DNA from: Octopus sinensis | Taxonomy: Eukaryota | Reading direction: 5' to 3' | Assembly: GCF_006345805.1 (NCBI RefSeq) | Contig: NC_042997.1 | Coordinates: 128,588,001 to 128,652,000 of the forward strand | DNA: 64,000 bases | Shown: positions 51,319 to 64,000 of the stretch, in pieces | Numbering within the stretch: position 1 is the stretch's first letter | Layout: the number at the start of each line of letters is the position of its first letter | Notes under the pieces: generated by a model | Databases searched by the model: none | What the model was told of the DNA's origin: nothing | The model's input: the letters and a program-made list of their open reading frames with translations, nothing else | Program-made: the position numbers and the translations under genes

Positions 51319-51517
51319 CATTGATACTACTTAATCACCATTCCAAGAGAAATTTTATTTTCTTTTGACACATGACACAACATGCTAATGGTGATAATGC
51401 TTATGTTCAATTCAAGTGGAAGCTTCCTTGTATTTTTCCTTCTAGTATTCAGAACTATTTTCCTTCCATTCAAAAGTTGATGGCATATTTTACTTGTCAT
51501 CCGTGCAAGTTTCACTG
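51319..51517 (-). other. Candidate exon ending ATG|gtaagt (possible 5'UTR + start codon exon)
   Basis: Acceptor attactttgtgtag|; consensus donor TCAATG|gtaagt; all three frames have a stop shortly before the donor. Confidence 0.25.
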
Positions 51518-51558
51518 CTACACAAAGTAATTAATGGTTTTACATTTTCATTTTGTTC

Positions 51559-51597
<39 letters not shown>

Positions 51598-51717
51598 TGC
51601 TTGCATATACTTTTATAATTATATGCATATCTTCATATGTATATAAATACACAGATATACACACATTTATATATACATGTATATAAACATGTGAATGTAT
51701 GTATGTAAATGCATATA

Positions 51718-51751
<34 letters not shown>

Positions 51752-51754
<3 letters not shown>

Positions 51755-52420
51755 TCATCATCATTTAACATCCGTTTTCCATGCTAGCATGGGTTGGACG
51801 GTTCAATTGAGGTCTGGGAAGCCAGGAGGCTGCACCAGGCTCCAGTCTGAATTGGCAGTGTTTCTACAGCTGGATGCCCTTCCTAATGCCAACCACTCCG
51901 TGAGTGTAGTGGGTGTTTTTTACGTGCCAGGGGAGGCTGGCAGCGGCCATGATCGGCTGGGGCTTTTTACGTGCCACCAGCACAGAAACCAGTCATGGCA
52001 GCGCTGGCATCGGCCACGTTCGGATGGTGCTTTTTACATGCCACCGGCACAGGTATCACAACTACTATATTCATCGATATTTATTTCGATGTTTATGTAC
52101 TTGACTCAATAGGTCTCCTCAAGCACAGCAGGTCATGTGCCACCGGCTCAGAAGCCAGTCAAGGCAGCGCTGGCAATGACCACGTTCAGATGGTGCTTTT
52201 TACGTGCCGCTGGCACAGGTGTCGTAACTACAATTTCCATTTGATATTTATTTTGATATTGATGTACTTGACTCAATAGGTCTCCTCAAGCACAGCAGGT
52301 CACTCTACAATCCAAGGTAAGCACAGCAGGTCGTTCTGCAATCCAAGGTACTTTGAATGGGCTGGGACTATGCAAAACTGGTGCAGGAAGCAGCCCGGGT
52401 CTTTGCAGTCACAGCGTATC
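51752..52420 (-). mobile_element. SINE/RTE-tail element containing a 2x166-bp and a 2x31-bp tandem duplication
   Basis: Tail at 51752-51915; duplicated units 51971-52136 / 52137-52302 and 52288-52318 / 52319-52349. Confidence 0.8.
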
Positions 52421-53283
52421 TCCTGAGATCTCGAATATATATATATATATATTCATTCATTCATATACATATGCACATATTTGTGCATATATATTCATAC
52501 ATACATACATACACACATACATACATGCATGCATGCATATGGATATATGCCATAATATGTCAAGTTACAAAAGAGAAGAAAAAGAATTCATAGCATTCAA
52601 ACAGTTTCTAGATGAATATCTCCCACAAATTCTAGATAAACCAGCTACACCCAGGCATATCTCTACAAACAATAACTCTTTATTCGATTGGGCTATGATT
52701 CCCAAAGAATGACTGGCCAATTCTGACCAAAATTTATCTAAGTATATATGTGTGTGTGTGTGTGAGAGAGAGAGAAAGAGAGATTAATCAGAGTATTATA
52801 GATTTATTTCGGCCTATCTTACCTACTGATTTTTTCCCTGAGTATTCTCTAATACTGTATACTTTGATTATTATACCAACTCCATTGACAAATATATGAG
52901 TCAATACTTTTTCTGACTTATGGATTCCTAGGCTTCAGTATGTGTGTGTGTGTTTATATATATGTATATCATTATTGTAATATGCACCCCTATGTGTGAT
53001 ATTGTTGAGAAGAAAATGAAAGGACTATCAAATGTAGTGTAGTTTAAAAGAGTGTGGCAAACATCATTATTGTTGTCATAGGCTTCATCATCATCACCAT
53101 CATTATCATCATCATTGTCATCTTCATTATCTACTTTTCCTTTGCATCATCATGCACAATTTTAATTTTTTTTTTAAGTCCATTTCTCCCTCTAGTCTTG
53201 GTTTTTATAGAACTGCCATCCAATCCCTTGCTGGTTCACCTGTATTCGTACCTATCATTCTGTGATCTAATTCAATTCCTTAC

Positions 53284-53389
53284 CTTTGTTTAATTTATAT
53301 CATAAATACTGAAGCTATGTTGAGCATAAAAATATAAATTATTTAATATCATAATTATTTTATCCAGTACATCATAAGCAGACATGTAC
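53284..53389 (-). other. Candidate non-coding exon (106 nt)
   Basis: Acceptor tctacttttacattgtcag| and donor CAAAG|gtaagg; stops in all frames. Confidence 0.2.
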
Positions 53390-53762
53390 CTGACAATGTA
53401 AAAGTAGATGTGTGTATGAATATGTATGTGTTATTACAGATAGAAATGCACGATAGTGTTAATGTATAAATTACGTAATCAGAAGAGACATTAATAAATA
53501 ATAAAAAAAAAGAAATGGAAACTAATTGCGGAACTGTTAATTACTATGTGGAGCAGTGAAAACATTCACATGGATATCAATAAAACTATGAGAAAAGTTG
53601 TTGTTATCATCATCATCATTGTTGTTTAGCTCTATGAACAAAGACATTCCAGCATATCTTTGATTATCCTGTCTTTCTGCAGAAAGACAGGATGACTAAA
53701 TTTTGCAAAGTGATCTTACTTTTTTTAAGATAGTATTGTGAGATTCAAGAGATATTTGGCTA

Positions 53763-53944
53763 TTATTTCTTGCAAGACAATCTACGTTGTAGATGCTCTT
53801 TCATTAGCACATTCTTGTCTTTGTTGTTTTGAATAGTGTTTGCCATTGCTTCCTGTAAAGATATACTAGAAATTACAACCAAATGTCCATCAAATTGGAC
53901 CTTTCTATCTCTAAAATTGGAAGATACATTTGGATAGTATAGTG
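53763..53944 (-). CDS. Candidate terminal coding exon (xLYYPNVSSNFRDRKVQFDGHLVV...EHLQRRLSCKK*)
   Basis: Acceptor attttttgtgtgtccag| followed by 59 open codons of non-repetitive composition; no domain recognised. Confidence 0.15.
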
Positions 53945-54174
53945 CTGGACACACAAAAAATCCGGCATGGTGATGATGGCTAGAATGTTTCTGATAAGTG
54001 TCTGCTTACAGTTGATTGAACCAAGTTTTAAACTGACATTCAATATCTAGTCTTGATCATGCTATTTTATTGTGTGGGAAGCTAGGTACTGATTATTCAG
54101 AAGTCATAGTGGTTAATATTCTAAAGTCAGTGGAGTAGACAATAGAATCTATTGAAGAGAATTTGCATGGTTGA

Positions 54175-54570
54175 TATGGCACAGGCATGGCTCTGTGTTT
54201 AAGAAGCTTACTTCTCAACCATGTGGTCTTAGGTCAGTGTCAGTGTGCAGCACCTCAGGCAAGTGTCTTCTGACCACAAAGCCTTGTGAGTGGATTTGGT
54301 AGATGGAAACTGAAAGAAGCTTCCCTCTTTGTGTGTGTGTGCCCTTGTCTAGACATTATGTGATGCTTGTAAATGAACATCATTATCATACGTGCAAGGT
54401 TTTTTGTTTCTAGTCTTCCATGAAAAAATCTAGCTTTCAGAAAATATTACCCTTACTATGAAACAAGTGAGAGTTGATGACTGGAAGGGCATTTCTTGAG
54501 GTAGAAAAATCTGTCCCAACAAATTCCATCTGATCTATGCAAACATGGAAAATCATAATGATGATGTATA
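54175..54570 (+). mobile_element. Composite tRNA SINE (head + GT linker + RTE-like tail)
   Basis: Head GGCATGGCTCTGTGTTTAAGAAGC...GTGGATTTGGTAGATGGAAACTG; tail GAAGGGCATT...GTAGAAAAATCTG...CATGGAAAATCATAATGATGATG. Confidence 0.7.
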
Positions 54571-55809
54571 ATGAGCCATATAGAAGAACTTTAAGGGTTC
54601 AAACATCTTGATGACTGGCCAAGCAGACATATGCTCAAAAATATTCAAATCATGATACTACTATCATTATTTCTACAAAGAATCACATTATTCCAATCTA
54701 TACCGATTTCCTTTCTTTTTTTCAGAGGATAGTTGAATGCTATTTGAAGGAGATTTAGCTGTTATTTTTAGCAGATTTAAGCAATGCATAGATGTTCCCT
54801 CATTAACTGCAAAGTTACTAGAAAATTATTGTTGTTGTTGCTTTATCTAGATTAGCTTCGATCATGTAGGCTTTTGATCAAAATTATTCAGCCATGACCA
54901 TATCCCCTTTATTTCAAAATAGTTTTTCTATGACAATACCCATTTTTGAAGGAAGGTAAGATTTTAGGGTATGATTTGAGAATTTGATTGTTATTTCTAG
55001 CAAGTTGTGTGGCCACCTAGAATTAGATAGAAAGTTACCAGAAACAGAAACAGTAAATATTCTCTCTCTCTCTCTCATTATCCACTCTCTCTCTCTTATT
55101 ATTCACTCTTTCTCTCACATATCAATATTATAGGTAAAATTTGACATTTCATATGACTTGTATTTATAACCTATTTACACTTATTGTATTAAATTCTGAG
55201 ATGGAAGCAATTTATCATTTCAAATTTCTTAACAACAGACTAAGAGAAACTATTAAATATCCTGACTGGTAATAATTATTATTACTATGCTTTAGAAAAC
55301 AACATATTGTTACTGTCAAGTTTTGGTGAGAATCAGGTATTACATGTTAATAATCATATAATCCTTATTTCTTTGGCTGAACTCTAACCCAAGTAGTTCT
55401 CATTATATTTTTCCAAAATTCTTCTCAGTTGTCAATCACTTTCAATTTTGCTCCATAATAATGCAGAATGTTGAGTCTTCTATTAATGATGCCTGTTGAT
55501 TGAAACCAAGCTACTTTACTGATATAATTGGACATTACAAATATCTATAGCACTCAAGCTGAGATTACATTTTCAATAAGTTATTAGCATTAAAACATGT
55601 CACTGCAGAATTGAAGTGTGTGTGTGTGTGTGTTGGAAGAAAGATGTTAACTGATGATGATATATTTATATATATATATGTGTGTGTATGTGTGTGTACG
55701 AGATATATATAATGCTTTTTAACTTTTATATGTGTGTGTGTGTGTATTTATATATATATATGTTTTATAATTCTTTTATATGTATAAATGTATACTTTTT
55801 AACTCTTTG

Positions 55810-55841
<32 letters not shown>

Positions 55842-56073
55842 ATGTATGTTTGTATATGAATATAGGTAACATTTTTAATTTGAACAGTTATTCAGAAAAC
55901 ATTTTCTAATGGTATTTACTGTGATAAAAATAATGATTTATATTTTAAGTAGAAATTTTGCAATTTTGTTTTATTTTTCCAATATTTCATTTTACTTCTT
56001 GAAATAAAAACTGAAACCAAAAAGAATTCTTTTTAAAAAATATAATTAATCATGATCTCATTATCATAATGGA

Positions 56074-56133
56074 AAAATATATTGGTCTGTTGCAAAATAT
56101 ATTGGTCTGTTGAAAAGTATATTGGTTTGTTGA
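56074..56133. repeat. 3 x 20-bp tandem repeat AAAATATATTGGTCTGTTG(C/A)
   Basis: Seen directly. Confidence 0.9.
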
Positions 56134-57506
56134 AAATGCAAGCTATAGCACTTTACTATTTATTTATTTCCCCTTCATCATAAACTTGTGAAATAAATTG
56201 TGAAACGCTCTCTGAAATATTATCAAGAGAAAACAATAGGATCTGTCTCAGATTGAAGCTTTATACCAATACCATTTTCTCCAGAAAATATATTTCCACA
56301 CCATCTCAGTTACCTCAGTTACCTTGACATTTGTTGTATTAATCAATGAAAATCAATTTTGTGCAATGATGACCTCTCAGCTCCAACTTGATTCTTCTAA
56401 CACAACCAACAAGGTTTTGGTCCCTTTTCATCTTATGATTAATTGAATCATTAATATTCAAACAGGCAGCCTAGTTTCTGGTTGATAACAAGAACTTTGC
56501 AACTTTAGACAATCAAGGGGGGAAAAATATCACAATAAACTTGACTTTTTTTTTTCATTTTCATGATTCAAAGTAATTAAAACTGTTTTTTTAATGAAAA
56601 CAAACAAAAGCAAAATATTTAAATATTCATCATTATTTTGTGAAGTTAATTTTCTGTAGCTATGATTTATAGGATGATTGCTGCAGCTTCCCATATTACT
56701 CTTTTGATTGAGGGTCTTTTATTTTATCATCATCATGCCTGAAGAAAAAGGGCACTGACCACAGCTTACAGGTGTTCTCTAAGATCAGAAGGTGAATTAG
56801 ATTGCTACGGTTTATTTCAAGTAATTCAAATAACAAAAGAAATTCTCAAGGAGCTTTGATGTTGGTTGGAGAGGATTGTCTATGTTTGTATAAAATATGT
56901 TATAGCATAAGACTAACCATGAAAACAGTTGTCTGGTAGTTATGACAATTCTTTTTCTGTAAGTATGACTTTCTAATTGATAGAAATCTTACATGGGGCT
57001 GTTTTTTAAGTAGCATTTTTAGAAAAGGCAGTCTGATTTTAGAATTCTTAGATATGGTTGTCTAATAGATAGAATTCTGTTTACATGTACTGAATATGAT
57101 ATTTAACCTCTTTACAACTGAACCATTAATAGTTTATACCATTCTAGTTCCGTTTATTGCAATTGGTCCTTCCTCTATTTTAGACTGACTAGTGATATTC
57201 GTTATTTCTACAGAAATATAAAACCAAATGAGAAAACAAATCCTTGTTTGTTTTGAGCTTATCTGATTGATATCTCACTCAGTGACTTCATATTAAGTCA
57301 CTCTCTAATCTAGTTTACACGAATTTTATATCAGCTGGATTTTAGATTAGTTGCTGTAAAATACAAACCAATCCAAATTTAATCATGATTTTCCTTATCA
57401 TATTGGAAGTAGGTTTCCTGATAGTGTTGCTTTCTCAAAATTATTCTTAACATACTCCTGGAATATTTACCAAATATTACCAATACATTTCTAATTTTCT
57501 CTGCAG

Positions 57507-57708
57507 AATGAAAGGAAAAAAATTTCTCTGCTTGAATTATCAGTTAATTCAATGAATTATAACCAAGGACTTCATGGATTTATTGAAGACTACTGAATTA
57601 TTTTCTATCATTACTCTGCATTACTCTGCAAATATGATCATGTCTATATGCTGTCAGCTGCATCACCTATCAATATAATTATTGATAAGACAGAATTAAA
57701 TTCTATGG
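57507..57708 (+). other. Candidate 202-nt exon with one in-frame TGA
   Basis: Strong acceptor tttctaattttctctgcag|, donor ATGG|gtaggt; frame NERKKISLLELSVNSMNYNQGLHGFIEDY*IIFYHYSALL...TELNSM. Confidence 0.2.
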
Positions 57709-58464
57709 GTAGGTTAGCTTAATCTTAGAAAATTAACAAAGAAAAAAAATGGTCATATTTTGTATAGTAAAAATTATTTAGTAAATCTTTTAACATCTGA
57801 TAAAGATAAAGTATATCAATTTTGATTGTTGTATAAATTAATCAAAATTTGACCTAAACCTAAACCCATGTAATAATAATGAGTTTATTTCATGCAGTGT
57901 TCAGGTGTATTACAAAAAACAGTTAACCTTGGCCAAATTTGAATCCTGAATGCAAGAGCTGAAACAAGTATCTTAAGGTAGTTTCTTCTGTGCTCTGATG
58001 ATTCTGCAAATTTACCACTTATATGTAGATAAATGCACTTTATCACTTCAGGAAACCCTCTAGAAATGTCTGCTCAAATACTATGAAAAAGAATTTGGCA
58101 AAAGGAGATAGAAATAAAGTTTCAGGTTTAAGCTAACAAGGAGATTCCTCTCTTCATAGATGGATGTATAAATTAAATATTCCTTGAATCATTCGTTTAC
58201 AATCTAATGACTGAAACAGTCATTAGACTGTAACCATGCTGTGGCATTGTCTTGAAGAATTTTAGTTGAGTGAATCAATCCCAGCACTTATTATTTTAAG
58301 CCTGGGGCTTATTCTATCAGTCTCTTTTGCTGAAACTCTACTTTATGGGGACGTATATACACCAACGCCAGAAGTCAAGTTGTTGTGGGAAATAAACACA
58401 CACACTGATAGACATTCTAAAAAAAAAAACTTGAGACTATTGCAATAGCTATATTAAAATACAG

Positions 58465-58732
58465 GTGCATGCATGGACGTGTGCTAAGAAGTTTGTTTCC
58501 CAACCACATGGTTCCAGGTTCAGTTCCACTGCAATGCATCTTGGCCATATGCCTTCTATTATAGCCTTGAGCCGACTAAAGCCTTGTGAGTGGATTTGGT
58601 AGATGGCAACTGAAAGAAGCCCAACAAGCTTTGGTCAGCCCATGGCTATAATAGAAGAGATTTGCCCAAGGTGCCTTGCAGTTGGACTGAACCTGGAACC
58701 ATGTGGTTAAGAAACAAACTTCTTAGCGCACA
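58465..58732. mobile_element. Inverted (tail-to-tail) pair of SINE heads forming a about 100-bp stem
   Basis: Arms 58480-58582 and 58628-58732; AGCTATATT at 58447-58455 and 58732-58740. Confidence 0.85.
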
Positions 58733-60199
58733 GCTATATTTTGATATAGCTATCGCAGTAGTCTCAATTTTGTTTTGTTTAGAATGTCTATTCTATGTTG
58801 TGAAATGAAGAGTTAAGTTGATGTTAATATAAATTTAAACACAGCTCAATTCAAATAGTTGCATATCAAACAGCAAGAGCTCAATGACACTCTTATCACT
58901 TCCTAACATCTTTTTGCAGTGTAATTGAACCAAACAGTTCATGAGAACAGTATTTGTCAGTAGTCTACTTAAGATATCCCTACATAGTTTATTTCAATAA
59001 AAGTACTGAAGGTCAATTATGTCGAATTCAACTCTACAGAATGCTAAAGATAAAATGAAAGTATGTAAATAAACATACATTTATAAAAGTTTGTAATAAA
59101 TTACTAAATGTATGTCACAACAGAATGGATAGTTTTTTATATGAATCCCATCTATGGTTCACAGTTGCCTAGCCTTACTAATAAATATACAGAAATAAAG
59201 ATTTATAAAACTTATATATTATCTGCTGAATCAGAAACCACCATACCAACAACAAGGTAGTTTCAAAATGGCTGTTTGACAAACTGGAAATAACAGCTAA
59301 ATTCCCCTCAAAATACTCCCTACCATCTTAACTAAGGAAAAGACACATGCAATAATGTAGTCTTAGATTAACTGGTCATGGATAGGATGTCCTTGAATAG
59401 AGTCTAAACATCAACTTGTTTGACTTGAGCCTAAACATTAACATGTCATATCCAGTCTTCATCACAAGCACCCTTCTCTACTGTATCTGCTGTTCACTAC
59501 AATCAAACTATTGTTATCTCCATTACCAACCTCTATGTAGTTGTCATCTACTATCAGCATAAGAGCATACTACCATCACTTAGCTCAGCTATCATCTTGC
59601 ACCATCACATGACCATACCACTATAACCATGTCTACTATAGCTACCATCCACAACCATTACATGACCATCCTCTAACTCTAATACGACTATTACCATCAG
59701 TATATGGAACAGAAATACCATCACTGGTCAATATGAAGATATGAAATTACATTATAACCTGAACTACCATCTTATTATCCTTCTCCATTGTTAATATCAC
59801 ACTGTTTCTGTTTACTTACAAATATCAACCATTTATTATTCCCATTTGTTACTCCTATTTATTATTAATCATTTGTACTCTCTCTTTCTCTGTCTTTCTC
59901 TACAATACTTTATTGATGCATAACTATAAGAAATGTTATCTAACAAACAAATAACCTTCTCCCTAGTTTTGGCTGTTATATAGTTTCAAGACAGTAGAGT
60001 ACTTAAAGGAAGTCAATATCAGCACGTCAGTGTGTGGAGATATCTCCAGTAGGTTTGCAGTGAAGAGTAAAATACAAAAAGAAAAAGGAAGCAGGAAATA
60101 TAGATATTTCACCAATTGTGTTGCTAGCCTCAAAATAATTCTATCTGCAGACCGATTTACTATATGTTGATTTGATTATATCTATTTTACCAAAAATAC

Positions 60200-60230
60200 C
60201 TCCTACTACATTAGCAGCTTCTCCATATGA
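60200..60230 (-). CDS. Candidate 31-nt exon (SYGEAANVVG)
   Basis: attctctgattatttcag|...GTAGGAG|gtattt; only one frame open. Confidence 0.15.
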
Positions 60231-60899
60231 CTGAAATAATCAGAGAATATCCTATTTTGGTAAGACATGCTCTCATGCAGTATCATTAAGTAACTAGTCT
60301 TTCTGAAAAATTGCTTATTTAACTGAGTAGTTTTCAGTTGCAACCATTTTAAATATTCTTCAGTTTTATTTTTTATTATCAAAATATTAAAAAGAAATTG
60401 ATGTGGTTTTCATAGCACAAAAGGTTGGCTGAGTTTAAGTAAATAGATTTCCTTAAATATAGGCTTTAAGTCATATTTCATATCTACTATTCTGAGACAA
60501 AGTATTCCTAGGAATTAAAAAGCACCGCAGTTTTGTTGATGCTGCTGCTGCTGCTGTTATTGATGTTGTTGTTGTTGTTGCTATTGTTGTTTCTCTTTTT
60601 CTTTATTAACCATAATCCTTTAAGATGGAGTCATACAAAAATATTTTCCAATGCTGCATTTGCTAGAACTGTGACAATTCCCATTTTGAATGTAGTTTTG
60701 CTGTGAATAAATGCAATAATGGACGAATGAACAATTGTAGAAATGCAGACTTTACCATACTACTACGTACAAACCGTATTTCATGTCTCCACACACATTT
60801 CAATACTGACACATGACATACTTTTAGACTTTTTGACTCTCAGACTTGATTTTCTTATCAAAGTACAAAATATCAGTGTTAATACTATTGCTATATCTA

Positions 60900-61260
60900 T
60901 TGTGCCACTATAACCACCACCAACATAACTTCCACTACACAAACAGTATGACTCACTCTGTACCACCATCATCACCAGTGGCACTGAACCAGCTCTACCT
61001 GCAACACTGTGCCTCCTCCTCTAGCACTAAAAGTGACACTGTTTCAACACCATCACCACTACCACTAGCTATGGCACACCATCAAGATCACTACCATTAG
61101 AAACACTGTACCAACATCAATGTCACCACCAATGGAACACTACCAGCACTACCGCTATCAGCGATGTAGTTCCGATATCACTAATCAACACCAATACTAC
61201 TACTATCAGTGTGACACTAATATCACCCAATGTGACCATCAGTAGTGGATATACTGCCAA
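60900..61260. repeat. ACC/CAC/ACT-rich low-complexity tract (similar tract at 59520-59800)
   Basis: Seen directly. Confidence 0.7.
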
Positions 61261-61329
61261 CAGTTGCCATATTTTATGATACCATCTATTAATGTTGTTG
61301 TCACAAAGATCCCTTGATACTGAAAGTAT

Positions 61330-61567
61330 GGACAATACTAGACATTAGAGTTAGAAGTCATGAAAGTATTAATGATACTAGACATTAGATTTAAAGGTTA
61401 GAAAACTACCAACAATGCTAGATATTAGCATTAGAGAATATGAAATTATCAATGATACAAGACATGAGGATTAGGAGATCTTGAAATTATCAGTGATGTC
61501 AAACATTATGATTAGGGATCAAGAAAGTATCATTGATACAAGATATAAAGATTAGGGATCACGACTC
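61330..61567. repeat. 40-bp minisatellite, about 6 degenerate copies (AATGATACTAGACATTAG...)
   Basis: Units counted at 40-41 bp. Confidence 0.85.
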
Positions 61568-62049
61568 CTGAATAGAAATATCAGCAACGTGGCCAAGAGT
61601 AAATAGTTCTGAGAAATTTTTCTGCATACTAAATACAAATACAGTAGGATCTTACATATGTAACAAAGAATATTTTTAAAAACTTTGACCTACTGAAATT
61701 AGCCATAAACTTAGTAGACAGAATTCCTTCCATCTAGAAGTAGGTTGTATCCAAAAACAACAAGCATGCGAGACAACTCCAATATGATAATTTAAAAATA
61801 GATTTAACAGTATCAGCATCATCATCATTATTCTGACATGGATTAGATGGGTCATTGCTGCTCTCCTTGACGAATTGAAGGACTACATCTCACTAATAGG
61901 TTAAATTTTTGGTTTGGTTTCTATGATTGTAGCCCCTTGCTAACATTAACCATTTTTACAGAGTAGAGTGTTACAGGATGAATTTTTTGTGGCTCCAGCA
62001 CTAGAGAAATTGCCACATTTTCAACAAGACATGTGTCCTTTCAATCCCA

Positions 62050-62455
62050 TACTTAATAAAGTATAGTTGTTTCTCTTGAACACATCTGATTCCTCCTATA
62101 TTCTGTTTTCCTCTCAGCTCTTTTGCACCTTCTTGCTTATGCATTTTAAAACTACAAATCCAAGGAGCATATTTGCTTCATATCTTTCTACTCTTCACAA
62201 ATCTCCTGTATTCAGGGCCCACATCTCAGTAGCATGCAACATTGCACTTCTTACTCAAGCATCTTACAATCTGTACTTCACTCTAAGAGGAAAGCCCTTT
62301 GTTGCCTGCAGTAGTAATAGCTCCCTAACTTTTTTCAGTTCTTACTCTGTCTACCCAACTTACCAGCTAATCTGGTCCCCTAAATAAATAGAACTATCAA
62401 CTACCAGAGAGCTGCCCTTACATTGGAGAGTGTCTATTTTGTATGTGCTCTTAGT
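62050..62455 (-). mobile_element. RTE-clade LINE post-RT fragment
   Basis: Minus remnant VVDSSIYLGDQI...FPLRVKYRL*DA*VRSAMLHATEMWAL...RVERYEANML (F.YLG and LYxSExW-type motifs). Confidence 0.85.
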
Positions 62456-62668
62456 ACTTGCTGCCCCTAAACATCTAGTCTACCTTCTCTGTTAGTTTGC
62501 CTGCAATTCCACAGCACCTAAACAGATTTAATAGCTTAGTTTGGTAAATTTAATAGCTTATTTTAATTGATTTAATTTGCTAGTTTAATAAATTTGATAT
62601 GTTAGTTATCTTAATTTTAATGAACCTAACCAAAGTGAAACTGTGTGAGATTGTAAACAACAATGGTA

Positions 62669-62703
<35 letters not shown>

Positions 62704-63322
62704 CAGCATTAGAAGCTGTGCAAAGGCAATAATGATAATAATGACTATGATAAAGATGATAATGATATGTGCCACAAGAGCACATAATGATAATAACAAC
62801 AACAACAGCAGCTGTAAACCCTTCTTAATCAGAATTCTAGTTACAATGTTGTTAACAGATGTTAATCATCATAAACAGCCACCTTCCTAGTTAACATGTC
62901 TCTATGGATATCTAATTTTAAAAGAGGAATTACATTAACTCTTTCATGACCATATTGCTAATGAAACATTACACTGTCTCTGAGCTTCAATTAATTTTTA
63001 AAATAATCAAGATTTTGAAGGGATTTAGTGAAATAACTAAATTTTTCATTATTAAGTTGATGTTTTAGAACATAACTTCACAAAAAATTTCTTGTGTGAT
63101 ATTATGATGGGAAGTTTTAATTTAAATATAAACACATTAAAAAAATTTTTTGTGTCATTGAACTATGGGCAATAACAGGTAGGCAATAGAAAGAGTTACC
63201 ACTTGAAATATTTCTCCTAATTTCAGAGCAGTGTACATTTGAACTACTTGTAAGTACTGGACATATATCACAACAACGGCCACAGTAACAACAATATAAA
63301 CATCAGCTACTTTGAAACTGAC

Positions 63323-63392
63323 CAATTCAGAAGTATTTCGGTTATCTATATATTTTATAGTTTCTACTAGACAGTTAACATTCTGACACATC
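63323..63392 (-). CDS. Candidate 70-nt exon (MCQNVNCLVETIKYIDNRNTSEL)
   Basis: Long polypyrimidine acceptor ttccttctttttttttctcatcaag| and donor TTG|gtcagt; lies inside ORF 63155-63391. Confidence 0.2.
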
Positions 63393-64000
63393 CTTGATGA
63401 GAAAAAAAAAGAAGGAATAAAATGAATATTGGTTTCCCAAGAATTTTGTGTTATGGAATGGTAGTGATAACAACATGTGCAGTCAGATAGATGACCCTAA
63501 AATTCCATTATCTTCTGTGGTCCATGTCTTCTGAGACATTGGATTCCATTAAAAGGATATTATTCAAACATTTTCTTTCAGTAACTTCTTGAACTGATTC
63601 TTTTCAAAGAAAATTTTTAATTTCAGCATTTAATGAAAATACCTTTCATTCAATTAAGGTTTTTAGTGCCATTGTTATTATTTCGGTAATGATTAATTGC
63701 CTAAACATTTAACATTCATGCTGCTATTTTTGTTGCTGCTATTGTTGTTGTTGTTGCTGTTGACATCATCTTCCTGCTTTCACTAAAGAAATGTAATTCA
63801 GTTTTGGAAAGGAAAAATAAAACGAAGAAGAAAACAGAAAAAATAGAATCCCTAATTTATTCTTTGAAGCAGAATGATTGATGTATTCAGGGATTAGTCA
63901 GAAAGTAATTCTGGCAATTTAGTTTTAACAATAAGAAAGGGAAGAAGAATGGAGTAAAAATATCTGTTAGTGAATATTGCCTGAGATTTCTTTTGATTAT

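Noticed and set aside
58203-58227. 11-bp-stem hairpin TCTAATGACTG-AAA-CAGTCATTAGA as a terminator or regulatory element
   Set aside because: It lies at the end of a decayed SINE 3' module; probably a local template-switch product.
61510-61560. Telomeric TTAGGG repeats
   Set aside because: Only isolated hexamers inside the 40-bp minisatellite; no tandem array.

Overview
AT-rich eukaryotic DNA, almost certainly octopus (coleoid cephalopod), judged from its SINE repertoire and dense (TA)n/(CA)n/(ATT)n/(CAT)n microsatellites. It is intronic or intergenic and repeat-dominated, and no host protein-coding gene could be identified. Nearly all ORFs in the supplied track are microsatellite read-throughs or transposon relics. 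Recognisable elements: an internally deleted DD34D mariner with intact TIRs (39649-40638), two decayed Tc1/maT-like elements, a possible pogo/Tigger relic, LINE fragments (RTE x4, R4/Dong-like with restriction-like endonuclease, CR1, L2/Crack-like), dozens of tRNA-derived SINE copies (two with clear target-site duplications) and several minisatellites. The most unusual features are fold-back structures: a 105-bp-arm near-perfect palindrome, a 63-bp inverted duplication around 555 bp, a 54-bp-arm hairpin and an inverted SINE dimer. There are also two decayed minimal hammerhead-ribozyme-like motifs and a tandem array of palindromic cores. Several splice-site-bounded candidate exons are listed at low confidence. 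All family names come from motif recognition by eye, not database searches.
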